From IMG/VR virus record IMGVR_UViG_3300027708_000013: a stretch of DNA of 64,000 nt; one strand, written 5' to 3'. The translations under genes were made by a program, and so were the position numbers. Source of the stretch: a virus (Duplodnaviria > Caudoviricetes). Shown here piece after piece: positions 30,555 through 39,634 of the stretch. Under the pieces are notes generated by a model. The model ran no database searches, was not told where the DNA came from, and saw nothing but the letters and a program-made list of their open reading frames with translations. Every line of letters begins with the position of its first letter. The first letter of the stretch is position 1.

Positions 30555-31219
30555 TTAACCGTATATTAGCAGTGGGTGACAGTTTTACCTACGGTGACGA
30601 ACTAACCGATCTTGCCACAGCTTACCCTGCTTTACTGGCACAACAATTTGGTGCACAAGTTGATAATCAAGCTAGGCCAGGATCAGGCAACACACGAATG
30701 GTTAGAACTGTTGTTGATCATGTGGGTCGTAACAGTCCTGTGGCAATTGATCGAGCTGATTTGATCATCATTGGTTGGAGTAGCCCCGGAAGAATAGAAT
30801 TTGCAGATGCCACTGGCGTTTACGACATATGGCCTGGATATTCAGGCAACATGTTTACCCGCGAAGGTCAGTCCTGGCGACTGGAACTAATAGACTACAT
30901 AAGCAAATATCATGATCCACAATATTTGTACCAACAATATTTGCTAAATGTCATCATGTTGCAGAATTTTTTAAAAAGTCACAATCAACGTTATGTTATG
31001 TTGAACACAGTCAGCAACGAATATTATCACAACACTTACTATTCGCAATTTGCACATCTAACACAATTAGTAGATGCAGAACATTATTTAGGATGGCCTC
31101 GAGAGGGCATGGCAGAATGGACTCAAAGTTGTCCGCGTGGTGCCGGTGGGCATTTTTTAGAAGAAGGTCACCAACAAGTGGCAGAAAAAATATATCATCA
31201 TGTCAATTCTAGGAGTTAG
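30551..31219 (+). CDS. SGNH/GDSL-like protein
   Basis: LAVGDSFTYG, RPGSGN, GHFL. Confidence 0.65.
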   Translation: MINRILAVGDSFTYGDELTDLATAYPALLAQQFGAQVDNQARPGSGNTRMVRTVVDHVGRNSPVAIDRADLIIIGWSSPGRIEFADATGVYDIWPGYSGNMFTREGQSWRLELIDYISKYHDPQYLYQQYLLNVIMLQNFLKSHNQRYVMLNTVSNEYYHNTYYSQFAHLTQLVDAEHYLGWPREGMAEWTQSCPRGAGGHFLEEGHQQVAEKIYHHVNSRS

Positions 31220-32675
31220 TGCCGGCTTCCACGATGCCTCGGTGGCAGTGGTAGATCCTGCAGGTGAAATCTTATTTGCTGCTCACAGTGAACGTTATAG
31301 TAAAATAAAGAACGATGCTGACATACATCGTGACTTGATAGCTGAGTTGGGGCAATGGAACATCGATCATATTGCATACTATGAACGTCCGTGGCTAAAA
31401 CAACTACGACAGTTGTACTCAGGGCAGGGCATTGAGTGGAACAAACTAACTGCTGGCCAAATTGTAAAACAACAACTATGCGGACTTTTTAAAGATGTTC
31501 CCATCAGTACACACAGTCATCATTTAAGTCATGCAGCCGGTGGATTTCAAACCAGTATATTTAATCGAGCCACGGTGGTGGTGATTGATGCAGTAGGTGA
31601 GTGGGACACCATCACCATATGGGCGGCGGAATATGTCAATGGTCAAGCACGATATAAAAAACTTTGGAGTCAACAATATCCGCACAGTATAGGATTGTTT
31701 TACACAGCGGCCACAGCCGAAGTGGGCTTACGGCCCATGGAAGATGAGTACGTGCTGATGGGCATGAGTGCATATGGTAAGCCTGTGGTAGTATCAAAAA
31801 TGAAAACGGATTTGGTAAGCAATCAGTCTTTGATAACATTCCAACAAAACCTACACACCGGATTACCTTCAAGTTATGCAGACTATTACAATGGTGTGGA
31901 TATAGCCGCATCAGCACAGGCGTTGTGCGAGGAATTGATTTACTCCGTGATGCAACGTGCCAAACAGTTTGACTGGAGCGGAAATCTAGTGTATACTGGT
32001 GGCGTAGCACTCAATTGTTTGGCAAATAGACGTTTAGGAGATTATTTTGATAACATTTGGATTATGCCTTGTCCTGGTGATGCTGGTAGCAGCCTGGGTG
32101 CGGCTGCTTTACGATTTGGGAAAAGACTACACTGGCGTGATGCTTACTTGGGCAGTGATATTCCTGGTGCTTATCCCGTTGATGCCGTTGTTGATCATTT
32201 ATACAACAACAGCATCGTTGGTGTGGCTAGTGGTCGAGCGGAATTCGGGCCCAGGGCACTAGGCAATAGAAGTTTGTTGGCAGACCCAAGAGGGCATAAT
32301 GTAAAGGATCGAGTAAATGAAATCAAACGAAGACAGCAATTTAGACCGTTCGCTCCAGCAATTTTGGAGGAACATGTACATGATTATTTTGATATCCCCC
32401 GTGGCTGGAGTGACAGTAGGTATATGCAAATTGTCGGTGGTTGCCGGCATCCTGACTTATATCCTGCTGTTGTTCACGTTGACGGCACTAGCCGTATACA
32501 GACTGTGCCCCGAGATGGATCGGGAATAAGACAGGTATTGGAAGCATGGCATCAACGCACTGGCTGTCCCATGTTGTTAAACACCAGTTTAAACATACGT
32601 GGCGAACCCATGGTAAACAATAGAGCAGATGCAGATCGATTTGAACGATTATATAACATAAAGGTATGTTCGTGA
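31200..32675 (+). CDS. Carbamoyltransferase (NodU/CmcH family)
   Basis: FHDAS, HHLSHA, IDAVGE, GRAEFGPRALGNRSLL, FRPFAP, LLNTSLN. Confidence 0.9.
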   Translation: MSILGVSAGFHDASVAVVDPAGEILFAAHSERYSKIKNDADIHRDLIAELGQWNIDHIAYYERPWLKQLRQLYSGQGIEWNKLTAGQIVKQQLCGLFKDVPISTHSHHLSHAAGGFQTSIFNRATVVVIDAVGEWDTITIWAAEYVNGQARYKKLWSQQYPHSIGLFYTAATAEVGLRPMEDEYVLMGMSAYGKPVVVSKMKTDLVSNQSLITFQQNLHTGLPSSYADYYNGVDIAASAQALCEELIYSVMQRAKQFDWSGNLVYTGGVALNCLANRRLGDYFDNIWIMPCPGDAGSSLGAAALRFGKRLHWRDAYLGSDIPGAYPVDAVVDHLYNNSIVGVASGRAEFGPRALGNRSLLADPRGHNVKDRVNEIKRRQQFRPFAPAILEEHVHDYFDIPRGWSDSRYMQIVGGCRHPDLYPAVVHVDGTSRIQTVPRDGSGIRQVLEAWHQRTGCPMLLNTSLNIRGEPMVNNRADADRFERLYNIKVCS

Positions 32676-33358
32676 AAATTTTTACAGGAGCCAGCTGGTC
32701 CATTGGTGAGTTTGGTGAACATAATCGGCTGGTTGGGCCCAGTATAACTCAGTACGTTGCATTGCATGATTGTGTTGTAAATTTGTGCAAGGGAGCCTTG
32801 TCAAATTTTGATCAAATACATCGATTGGATAATTTTTTAACTAGGTATAAAATACAAAACAACAGTGATGCTGTTTATTGGTTAGTACATAATCCTTTAG
32901 CCTGTATGCCGATAGAACAAATATACCAAGGGCAAGCAAGTCTCGTTGCTTCCGTTGAAAAAATAGTAATCGATCAGTTATCGTATGCAAATACCGTGGC
33001 TGGAAAATATAACATTGTTATAAATTTAATTGGAGCGTCGTGTGACTTGGATTCAGTTGATATCGGGCACTTTAAAAATTTAAACATGTTGGTTCCCAGT
33101 TGGGGGAAATTAATAGACGAATCATATCCTGCATCTATATTTGCACATCAAGCCGACGAGTTTACGCGATTAAAAAAAGAATTAGAAATACACAGATCAG
33201 ATTTAATAACCGAATACGAACGTATTTCGGGGATGGCATTTAGGAAAAGAAAATTTATGTTGACTCAGCCGGATAAATTTGCAAGTTTTCATCCCACTAG
33301 CCAATCACATAGACTGCTGAGAGATCATCTATTCCCCGAATACAGTCATTTACTTTAA
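32666..33358 (+). CDS. Divergent SGNH-like protein
   Basis: FTGASWS, KGALSN, FHPT. Confidence 0.4.
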   Translation: MFVKIFTGASWSIGEFGEHNRLVGPSITQYVALHDCVVNLCKGALSNFDQIHRLDNFLTRYKIQNNSDAVYWLVHNPLACMPIEQIYQGQASLVASVEKIVIDQLSYANTVAGKYNIVINLIGASCDLDSVDIGHFKNLNMLVPSWGKLIDESYPASIFAHQADEFTRLKKELEIHRSDLITEYERISGMAFRKRKFMLTQPDKFASFHPTSQSHRLLRDHLFPEYSHLL

Positions 33359-33367
33359 AGGAAACAC

Positions 33368-34159
33368 ATGACACAAAGAATATTAATAATGGGCCTTCCG
33401 GGCTCAGGAAAAACTACACTGGCAGAAACACTGAGAGAACAATTATGGCAAGCCGGGCGTACAGTGGCATGGTTCAATGCCGACGATGTGCGACGTGACA
33501 CAAATGACTGGGACTTTAGTGAAGCCGGTAGAATTAGACAAAGTATTCGCATGAGAGAACGTGCCGATGCCGCCGCCACTGACTATGTCATCTGCGACTT
33601 TGTTGCTCCATTGGTAGAACAACGCAACAACTACAAAGCCGATTGGATCATATGGATGGACACTATCAGTGCGGGACGTTACGCCGACACCAATGCTGCT
33701 TTTATTGAGCCCGAAGTATACGATTTCCGCATTACAGAACAAGCGGCAGAGAAATGGGCAGACTTTGTTGCTGACCATATCCTAGACAATCGTCGTCGCC
33801 CACAGTGGGATTCTAAAAAAGAAACTGTACAGATGATGGGCAGATGGCAACCTTGGCATGCGGGACACAGAGCATTGTTTGAAAGATTACTGGCACGCAC
33901 AGGGCAAGTTGATATTCAAGTGCGTGATGTACAAGGATGGCAAGACAGCAATCCGTTCGGTTTCTTTGATGTTGTGCGTTTCATTCGACGAGATCTAGAG
34001 CCCGTGTATCAAGGACAGTTTAACATTAGACTGGTACCTAACATTGTACACATTGGCTGGGGTCGTGGCGTAGGTTATACAGCAGGCGAAGAAACATTTG
34101 ATGCTAGTATTACAGATATCAGTGCTACCAAAATAAGAAAAGAGTTGGGATTGAAATGA
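33368..34159 (+). CDS. Adenylylsulfate-kinase-like P-loop domain fused to a HIGH-family nucleotidyltransferase domain
   Basis: GLPGSGKTT, NADDVR and CDFVAP in the N-terminal part; GRWQPWHAGH and ISATKIRKE in the C-terminal part. Confidence 0.75.
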   Translation: MTQRILIMGLPGSGKTTLAETLREQLWQAGRTVAWFNADDVRRDTNDWDFSEAGRIRQSIRMRERADAAATDYVICDFVAPLVEQRNNYKADWIIWMDTISAGRYADTNAAFIEPEVYDFRITEQAAEKWADFVADHILDNRRRPQWDSKKETVQMMGRWQPWHAGHRALFERLLARTGQVDIQVRDVQGWQDSNPFGFFDVVRFIRRDLEPVYQGQFNIRLVPNIVHIGWGRGVGYTAGEETFDASITDISATKIRKELGLK

Positions 34160-34368
34160 ATGACACCGCTGTTAGAAGTCTAGCCAAAGCTGTCAGTTGG
34201 CGAGTGACTGGAACTGTAGATACATTCCTAATAAGTTGGCTGATCACCGGTGAAGTGCTGTTGGCATCAGGTATAGCACTCACTGAAATAATCACTAAGA
34301 TATTTTTATTTTGGATGCACGAGCGAGTGTGGAACAGGATCTCTTGGGGACAGCAACGGCAAGATTAG
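34156..34368 (+). CDS. DUF2061-like small membrane protein
   Basis: RSLAKAVSWRVTGTVDT..HERVW pattern; ATGA overlap with the upstream gene. Confidence 0.75.
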   Translation: MNDTAVRSLAKAVSWRVTGTVDTFLISWLITGEVLLASGIALTEIITKIFLFWMHERVWNRISWGQQRQD

Positions 34369-35455
34369 TTTGCAACTCCTGCCAGCAATGATCTAAAAAA
34401 TCATTACTGTAAAACAGATTGTAGTTGTGATTTAATATGGGTGTCATTTCTCTCAACATGAATTCAAGATCCTGCATACCGTAACTGCAAATTTCCTCAA
34501 TCACCTCTGCCACAGCAGTCATGCGTAAGATGGGATCTTCTATGGCATCGTAACTTTCGTTGAACCAACGTCCGAATGTTCTAAAGCCATAACTGCGTAG
34601 GTATTCCAAGTTGTGTGCTGGTCCCACTAATACAAATGGCATACGACTCACAATGGGTTTGAATATTTTTTCAGTTAAATGACATTTGTGTTCCCAGTAA
34701 CAAGTTTCTGTAACCACGTAAACAAAACTTTCCTGTGTCTGTTCTACAGCACTCAGCACAAAACTATGATTGGGAATCGATTCATGGTCCTGATAATCTA
34801 TGCGTAACGGTAGTTGAATTTGGTTGATACTAGCAACAGCTTGCTCAGCAACAACTCTTGGCACCAAAGCCGAGGATAATAAATTTTCTTGATAAGTACC
34901 ACCTTCAGGACAGACATCATTGTAACTAACGTATCCATCATCGAGTATGTCACGTTGAAGCAATTCACTGATTAAGAGACTACGGTAAACTCGTGGTCCA
35001 CTGGTTAGTCGATTAAAGGTGATATATTTTTTAGTTAGTTGCCTTTCACCTGGTGCAATTAATAAAGGATTGTAACGGTATCCGCGAAACCAATCGTTTG
35101 CAGAAAAAGCGTGATGGAAATAATAAACAACCGGGCAACTGTATCGTTCTTGTATTAGATCTACCGAGTTGGAATTTTTTTCGGTTGTAACTAATATAAA
35201 CTGATCACCATCTAAGAAGTTTTTGCACACTTGATCAAATACGGGATAATTAAATTCTCCCAGTACGGGCTCTTGATCATAAAATACAAATAGAGGTCCG
35301 CGTTTTCCTGGCCAATGGCCCATATCAGTCATTAAGAATTCAAAATTTTCTGGTTGAGTTGAACCGTAGGGCATTAGGTAAATGAGCCTGGGATCTGTTA
35401 CAATAGTGTTTAAATACGAAAAGATATTTTCGTAATGACTGTGGATATTATACAT
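34295..35455 (-). CDS. GT10-motif-like protein
   Basis: VVTET..HLTEKIFKPI..MPFVLVG..LRSYGFRTF. Confidence 0.5.
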   Translation of the reverse strand: MYNIHSHYENIFSYLNTIVTDPRLIYLMPYGSTQPENFEFLMTDMGHWPGKRGPLFVFYDQEPVLGEFNYPVFDQVCKNFLDGDQFILVTTEKNSNSVDLIQERYSCPVVYYFHHAFSANDWFRGYRYNPLLIAPGERQLTKKYITFNRLTSGPRVYRSLLISELLQRDILDDGYVSYNDVCPEGGTYQENLLSSALVPRVVAEQAVASINQIQLPLRIDYQDHESIPNHSFVLSAVEQTQESFVYVVTETCYWEHKCHLTEKIFKPIVSRMPFVLVGPAHNLEYLRSYGFRTFGRWFNESYDAIEDPILRMTAVAEVIEEICSYGMQDLEFMLREMTPILNHNYNLFYSNDFLDHCWQELQTNLAVAVPKRSCSTLARASKIKIS

Positions 35456-37487
35456 GTTTGATGTTTTTTATTGGGGACCTAAACCCAATTTATTTGCTTT
35501 TGAACGGCCCGCTGACAATTTGGATCATGCGGCCGCTTTGTCACGAACAGGCCGCTACTGGTATATTTATGGTGGCAATGACTACACAGGATTTGATTTT
35601 GATTATCAACCAGTTCCTTGGGAAAGTCAGCACGTACATGTTTGGCCCAGTCAATGGCAAAGAAACGGTGGCGTGTATCTGGCCGATCGAAATACTGTAC
35701 ACAACAGAGAGTGGCATTTTAGAACTGAACAACAGGTTGTTAGACAGCCCGACCGGGATCAATGGAAGATACCCAACAATATAGACACCGCAGAGTTTGA
35801 TTTCTCCTGGCATCCTGATCCACTGGAACCGGATTACAGTTACTATTTTCCCACACAACACCAATCAGCCGGCGGCCCTGTATACCCGGGCACTGCTGGG
35901 ATAAAATTAGTTGCAGATCAAACTGCTCGAGCAGTGCCTGTGCAGGAATCGTGGAGCATACCTCCAGGAATTGATACCGCAGAGTTTGATTTCTCGTGGC
36001 ATCCAGACCCTAGAGAACCCAACTACAGTTACCAATTTCCTACCCAGCATCAGCGAGATGGCGGTCCTGTGTATCGAGGATCGGCCGGAATAAAATATGT
36101 CACTGATCAACGTATTCGCGCCAATGCTGTACAGATATTTTACATGGATTTTTTAAATGGAACTATGGCACAGCATCAATTTGAATACCTACGCACCAAA
36201 CATCCTGACATTAAACGAACAAGATACGTAGACAATCATCTCACAGTGTTCCGTAGAATCATGTTCATGGCCACTACAGAATTTGTTTGGATCATCAGCA
36301 GTGTTTGTGATTACACTGATTTTGATTTCACATGGCACCCTCCGGAAGAACAAAGAGAAATGATTCATTGTTTCCCCACAGGTGTTCAGAAACGTGGTGA
36401 TACATTTCGCATACATGTAGAATCATTTAAACGACAAATGATTGAACTAGAACTGTTGGATTGGTTCAACGTAATTAACTATGTTGAAGATCACCCAGTG
36501 AATCGTTTTTCGATTCCTGTTCATTATTATGAATCAGACGATTTAGTTACAGAAATAAAGAAATACCAGTTCGAAACACCGTATGTGTTATTTACAAATC
36601 GAAGAGATGTGCGATATTTACAAACTCAAATTGAAAGTACTGAGTGCTTGTGGAGTCCTAAAGACCGTGTGGTTTCGCGGTGTAGCGAAGCCGGTAGTAC
36701 TGTGTTCGTACCCCGCGACGTCAAGGTGGATTTGAAGTCGCAAATCTACGATTATCCCTACATCAAGGACTCGGTTTATAGGTTTTGCGACCCTAGATTA
36801 GATATTGTATACATTAGTAACGGAGAACCCGACGAACAACGCTGGCACGATCATTTGGTAAACGGCACAGGCCAATTGGACAGTTATACATATGAAAATC
36901 GGGTACAATGGGTGCGTGGCGTCAATGGTAGAACAGCCGCTTATCAAGAAGCCGCACGTCGATGTTCGACCCCTTGGTTCTTTGCTGTGTTTGCTAAATT
37001 GGAAGTAGTTGCCGATTTTGATTGGACCTGGATGCCGGACTATTTCCAAGAACCCAAACACTATATCTTCAACAGCCGTAATCCTGTAAATGGCTTGGAG
37101 TATGGTCATATGGGTATAATCGCTTATAACAAGAGATTGGTGCTGGAAAATAACACACCCGGCATTGATTTTACCTTGAGTCAACCTCATGAAAGTGTTC
37201 CTGTACTTTCTGGTGTAGCACACTTCAATCAAGATGCTTGGATGACATGGAGGACTGCATTCCGTGAAGTGGTCAAACTCAAACACTTCATGGCAGTAGA
37301 ACCCACCGTGGAAACAGAACATAGACTAAATACTTGGCTGACAGTGGCTGAAGGCAATTTTGCCGAATACTGTTTGGCCGGTGCCCGGGACGCTGTAGAG
37401 TACTACGATCAAGTTGCGGGAGATTATGAACTGCTGAAGTTGAGTTTTGATTGGGCCTGGCTGAAACAACGTTTTGACAATAAATAA
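35454..37487 (+). CDS. Repeat-containing protein with a degenerate GT2-like C-terminal domain
   Basis: 63-aa tandem duplication plus recurring FDF(S/T)WxP motifs; C-terminal domain paralogous to 17689..18585 but lacking DxD. Confidence 0.6.
   Translation: MFDVFYWGPKPNLFAFERPADNLDHAAALSRTGRYWYIYGGNDYTGFDFDYQPVPWESQHVHVWPSQWQRNGGVYLADRNTVHNREWHFRTEQQVVRQPDRDQWKIPNNIDTAEFDFSWHPDPLEPDYSYYFPTQHQSAGGPVYPGTAGIKLVADQTARAVPVQESWSIPPGIDTAEFDFSWHPDPREPNYSYQFPTQHQRDGGPVYRGSAGIKYVTDQRIRANAVQIFYMDFLNGTMAQHQFEYLRTKHPDIKRTRYVDNHLTVFRRIMFMATTEFVWIISSVCDYTDFDFTWHPPEEQREMIHCFPTGVQKRGDTFRIHVESFKRQMIELELLDWFNVINYVEDHPVNRFSIPVHYYESDDLVTEIKKYQFETPYVLFTNRRDVRYLQTQIESTECLWSPKDRVVSRCSEAGSTVFVPRDVKVDLKSQIYDYPYIKDSVYRFCDPRLDIVYISNGEPDEQRWHDHLVNGTGQLDSYTYENRVQWVRGVNGRTAAYQEAARRCSTPWFFAVFAKLEVVADFDWTWMPDYFQEPKHYIFNSRNPVNGLEYGHMGIIAYNKRLVLENNTPGIDFTLSQPHESVPVLSGVAHFNQDAWMTWRTAFREVVKLKHFMAVEPTVETEHRLNTWLTVAEGNFAEYCLAGARDAVEYYDQVAGDYELLKLSFDWAWLKQRFDNK
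35763..36110 (+). repeat. Intragenic tandem duplication, 189-nt period
   Basis: WKIPNNIDTAEFDFSWHPDPLEPDYSY.. at 35763 and WSIPPGIDTAEFDFSWHPDPREPNYSY.. at 35952. Confidence 0.9.
37481..37486 (+). promoter_or_regulatory. Late-type promoter core TAAATA
   Basis: caaTAAATA just before ATG 37492, overlapping the end of the upstream gene. Confidence 0.45.
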
Positions 37488-37491
37488 TAAT

Positions 37492-38190
37492 ATGAGATCC
37501 AGTGAATTTATAACATCTAACAGAGTAGCAGATTTAACTCCCGCTCAAATTGGGCGTATTTTTGAAAATATACTCAACCCTAACGTATTGTTAGAAGGCA
37601 TTAATCCGCAAGCTGCCGCAGAGGTTAAGCAAGCTACCAATTCCACTATACAAAAAATACTCGCTGTTCCAGCCGGTGCTGTACAAACATTTGATCAAGA
37701 TGTCGCACAACTAGAACAAAAAATAATGGGATCAATCAAAGATCCTGAAGAGAAAAAAACTGTTTTACATTATCTAGGAAGGTATCAATTGTGGGCAAAA
37801 AAGCATCCTGTGACACAGGCCGCAATTTTAGCTACTCTGGCGGTGCTTGCAGGTGCAGCCGTAGGAACACTCACTGGTGCTATTGTAATCGGTCTTCTTA
37901 AAACAGTAGATGAATTGGTATTGGGTAAAAAAGCACATGAAGCTGTTGGTGCAGGTGTTGTAGCTGGTGGATTAGCCTGGGGTATAGGCAAGGCACTGGA
38001 ATTTGCCGCTGGTACTGAACTAGTTAAAAGTGCTGCTCACTGGGCCGCGGATACGGTGGGCGATATTGGCAAGGCTGGTGCCCGCGGAATAGCGGCTGGT
38101 GCTCGCAGTGTGGCTGGTGTAGCATCCGGTGTATATGGAGATACTGTAAAAGGATTAAAAAATATAGCCGGTGGTGGCGGCTATTATTAA
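37492..38190 (+). CDS. Hypothetical protein with a hydrophobic Ala/Gly-rich region; possible internal head protein
   Basis: Start moved to MRSSEFI (37492); hydrophobic AAILATLAVLAGAAVGTLTGAIVIGLL segment. Confidence 0.6.
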   Translation: MRSSEFITSNRVADLTPAQIGRIFENILNPNVLLEGINPQAAAEVKQATNSTIQKILAVPAGAVQTFDQDVAQLEQKIMGSIKDPEEKKTVLHYLGRYQLWAKKHPVTQAAILATLAVLAGAAVGTLTGAIVIGLLKTVDELVLGKKAHEAVGAGVVAGGLAWGIGKALEFAAGTELVKSAAHWAADTVGDIGKAGARGIAAGARSVAGVASGVYGDTVKGLKNIAGGGGYY

Positions 38191-38202
38191 CGCAAATACC
38201 AG

Positions 38203-38547
38203 ATGCGTATACACGAAATCTCCGTACCTCAATATAAAGAAATAGAATTTGTCTGTGCCAATGCAGAGCATCCTGACGCTACAGATCCCGCTGTGCAACG
38301 AAAACTGTATAGAGAATTACAAAAAATCCCCGGAGTAATACCTTTATATCAAGACTGGACCGATTACAGTGAAGGTCAATATAGTTTAAGTGCTATATAT
38401 AAAGACCGTGCTGTTCGTGGTAAAATTTTATCACTGGCTCGGCAGTTGGGTGTGGAGGTTGATGTGGAACAAACAGTGGATGGGGACTATGTTGATCGTG
38501 CCTTAACAGGTAGTCACGAAGGACAAATTAACGCAGATAATTCTTAA
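38203..38547 (+). CDS. Hypothetical protein (MRIHEI N-terminus); possible internal head protein
   Basis: 114 aa, follows 37492 on the same strand. Confidence 0.6.
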   Translation: MRIHEISVPQYKEIEFVCANAEHPDATDPAVQRKLYRELQKIPGVIPLYQDWTDYSEGQYSLSAIYKDRAVRGKILSLARQLGVEVDVEQTVDGDYVDRALTGSHEGQINADNS

Positions 38548-39634
38548 CCGCATTGACCACACTTTCAACTTCCGTGTCACGCAGTTCAGGATAAATCGGT
38601 AAGCTGATTGCTTCTCTCGAAAACGCTGTAGATTCTCTAAACAATTCTCTAGCATAGTCAATATAGTTGTAACCCACAGGCAATTCAAACAAGGGTGTGT
38701 CATAGTGGAAACGTGAGTCGATTCCACAACTCTGTAAGTAATCACGCAGGCCATGACGTTCGCTCAAGCGTATTACAAATTTACTCCAGGCCGAAGTTAC
38801 GTGTTCACCGGGTAATACCACATCCACCCATTCCGCAAGTTCTTGTGTATAGTATTCGGCGATAGCCTGTCTACGTGTTTGCCAAGCATCAAAGTATTTG
38901 AGTTTGACCAACATTTGAGCTGAATCGCTTTCGCTCATTTTGCTGTTGGTGCCAATGAAGCAATGATCCAGGTATTTGCCATTGTCACGTAAATTTAGTA
39001 ACTGATGATAAACATCAACATCGTCCGTGAGCACCATGCCACCTGAACCATAGTTATTTAGATTCTTGGTAGGGTCAAAACTCAACACACCGATGTCACC
39101 AAGACTGCCCGAGGGTTGGTCCTTGTATCTAGCACCAAAACTCTGTGCAGCATCTTCTATCACACGTATGTTGCTGTTGAAAAACTCTGTTTGCAGTCTA
39201 AATCTATCATAGTCTACAACATGTCCAAACAGGTTGGCATACATGATACAGTTAACCCCAGCTCCGGTTAGGGCCATGTCCATGCTTTCTAAATCTATCA
39301 GTGCTGCATCATCGGTGTCGCAAAACACCGGAGTATTGCCGGCATACAGTACCGAGTTGATGGTGGCTGCAAAACTCAAGGTGGGAATTAACACACGAGA
39401 TTCCTGTGCCAATATCACTTGTTGTGCAAAAATCAATCCCTGTGTGGCACTGTTCACTGCCACTGCATATTCTCGATCACATCGACGGGCTATGGCTGTT
39501 TCGAACCGTCGAGTCGAGTCACCATCTAACACCTGCCCGGATCTGTACACTTGATCCACAGCATCAAGTATCTCTTCACGCAGAGTCAAGAATTGACGAT
39601 CAACGCCGAAGAAGGGTATCCGTGATCCACTCAT
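38528..39634 (-). CDS. DegT/DnrJ/EryC1/StrS PLP-dependent sugar aminotransferase
   Basis: MSGSRIPFFG start (39634), VNSATQGL, IEDAAQSFG, SFDPTKNL (PLP lysine), SLPIYP. Confidence 0.9.
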   Translation of the reverse strand: MSGSRIPFFGVDRQFLTLREEILDAVDQVYRSGQVLDGDSTRRFETAIARRCDREYAVAVNSATQGLIFAQQVILAQESRVLIPTLSFAATINSVLYAGNTPVFCDTDDAALIDLESMDMALTGAGVNCIMYANLFGHVVDYDRFRLQTEFFNSNIRVIEDAAQSFGARYKDQPSGSLGDIGVLSFDPTKNLNNYGSGGMVLTDDVDVYHQLLNLRDNGKYLDHCFIGTNSKMSESDSAQMLVKLKYFDAWQTRRQAIAEYYTQELAEWVDVVLPGEHVTSAWSKFVIRLSERHGLRDYLQSCGIDSRFHYDTPLFELPVGYNYIDYARELFRESTAFSREAISLPIYPELRDTEVESVVNAVKNYLR

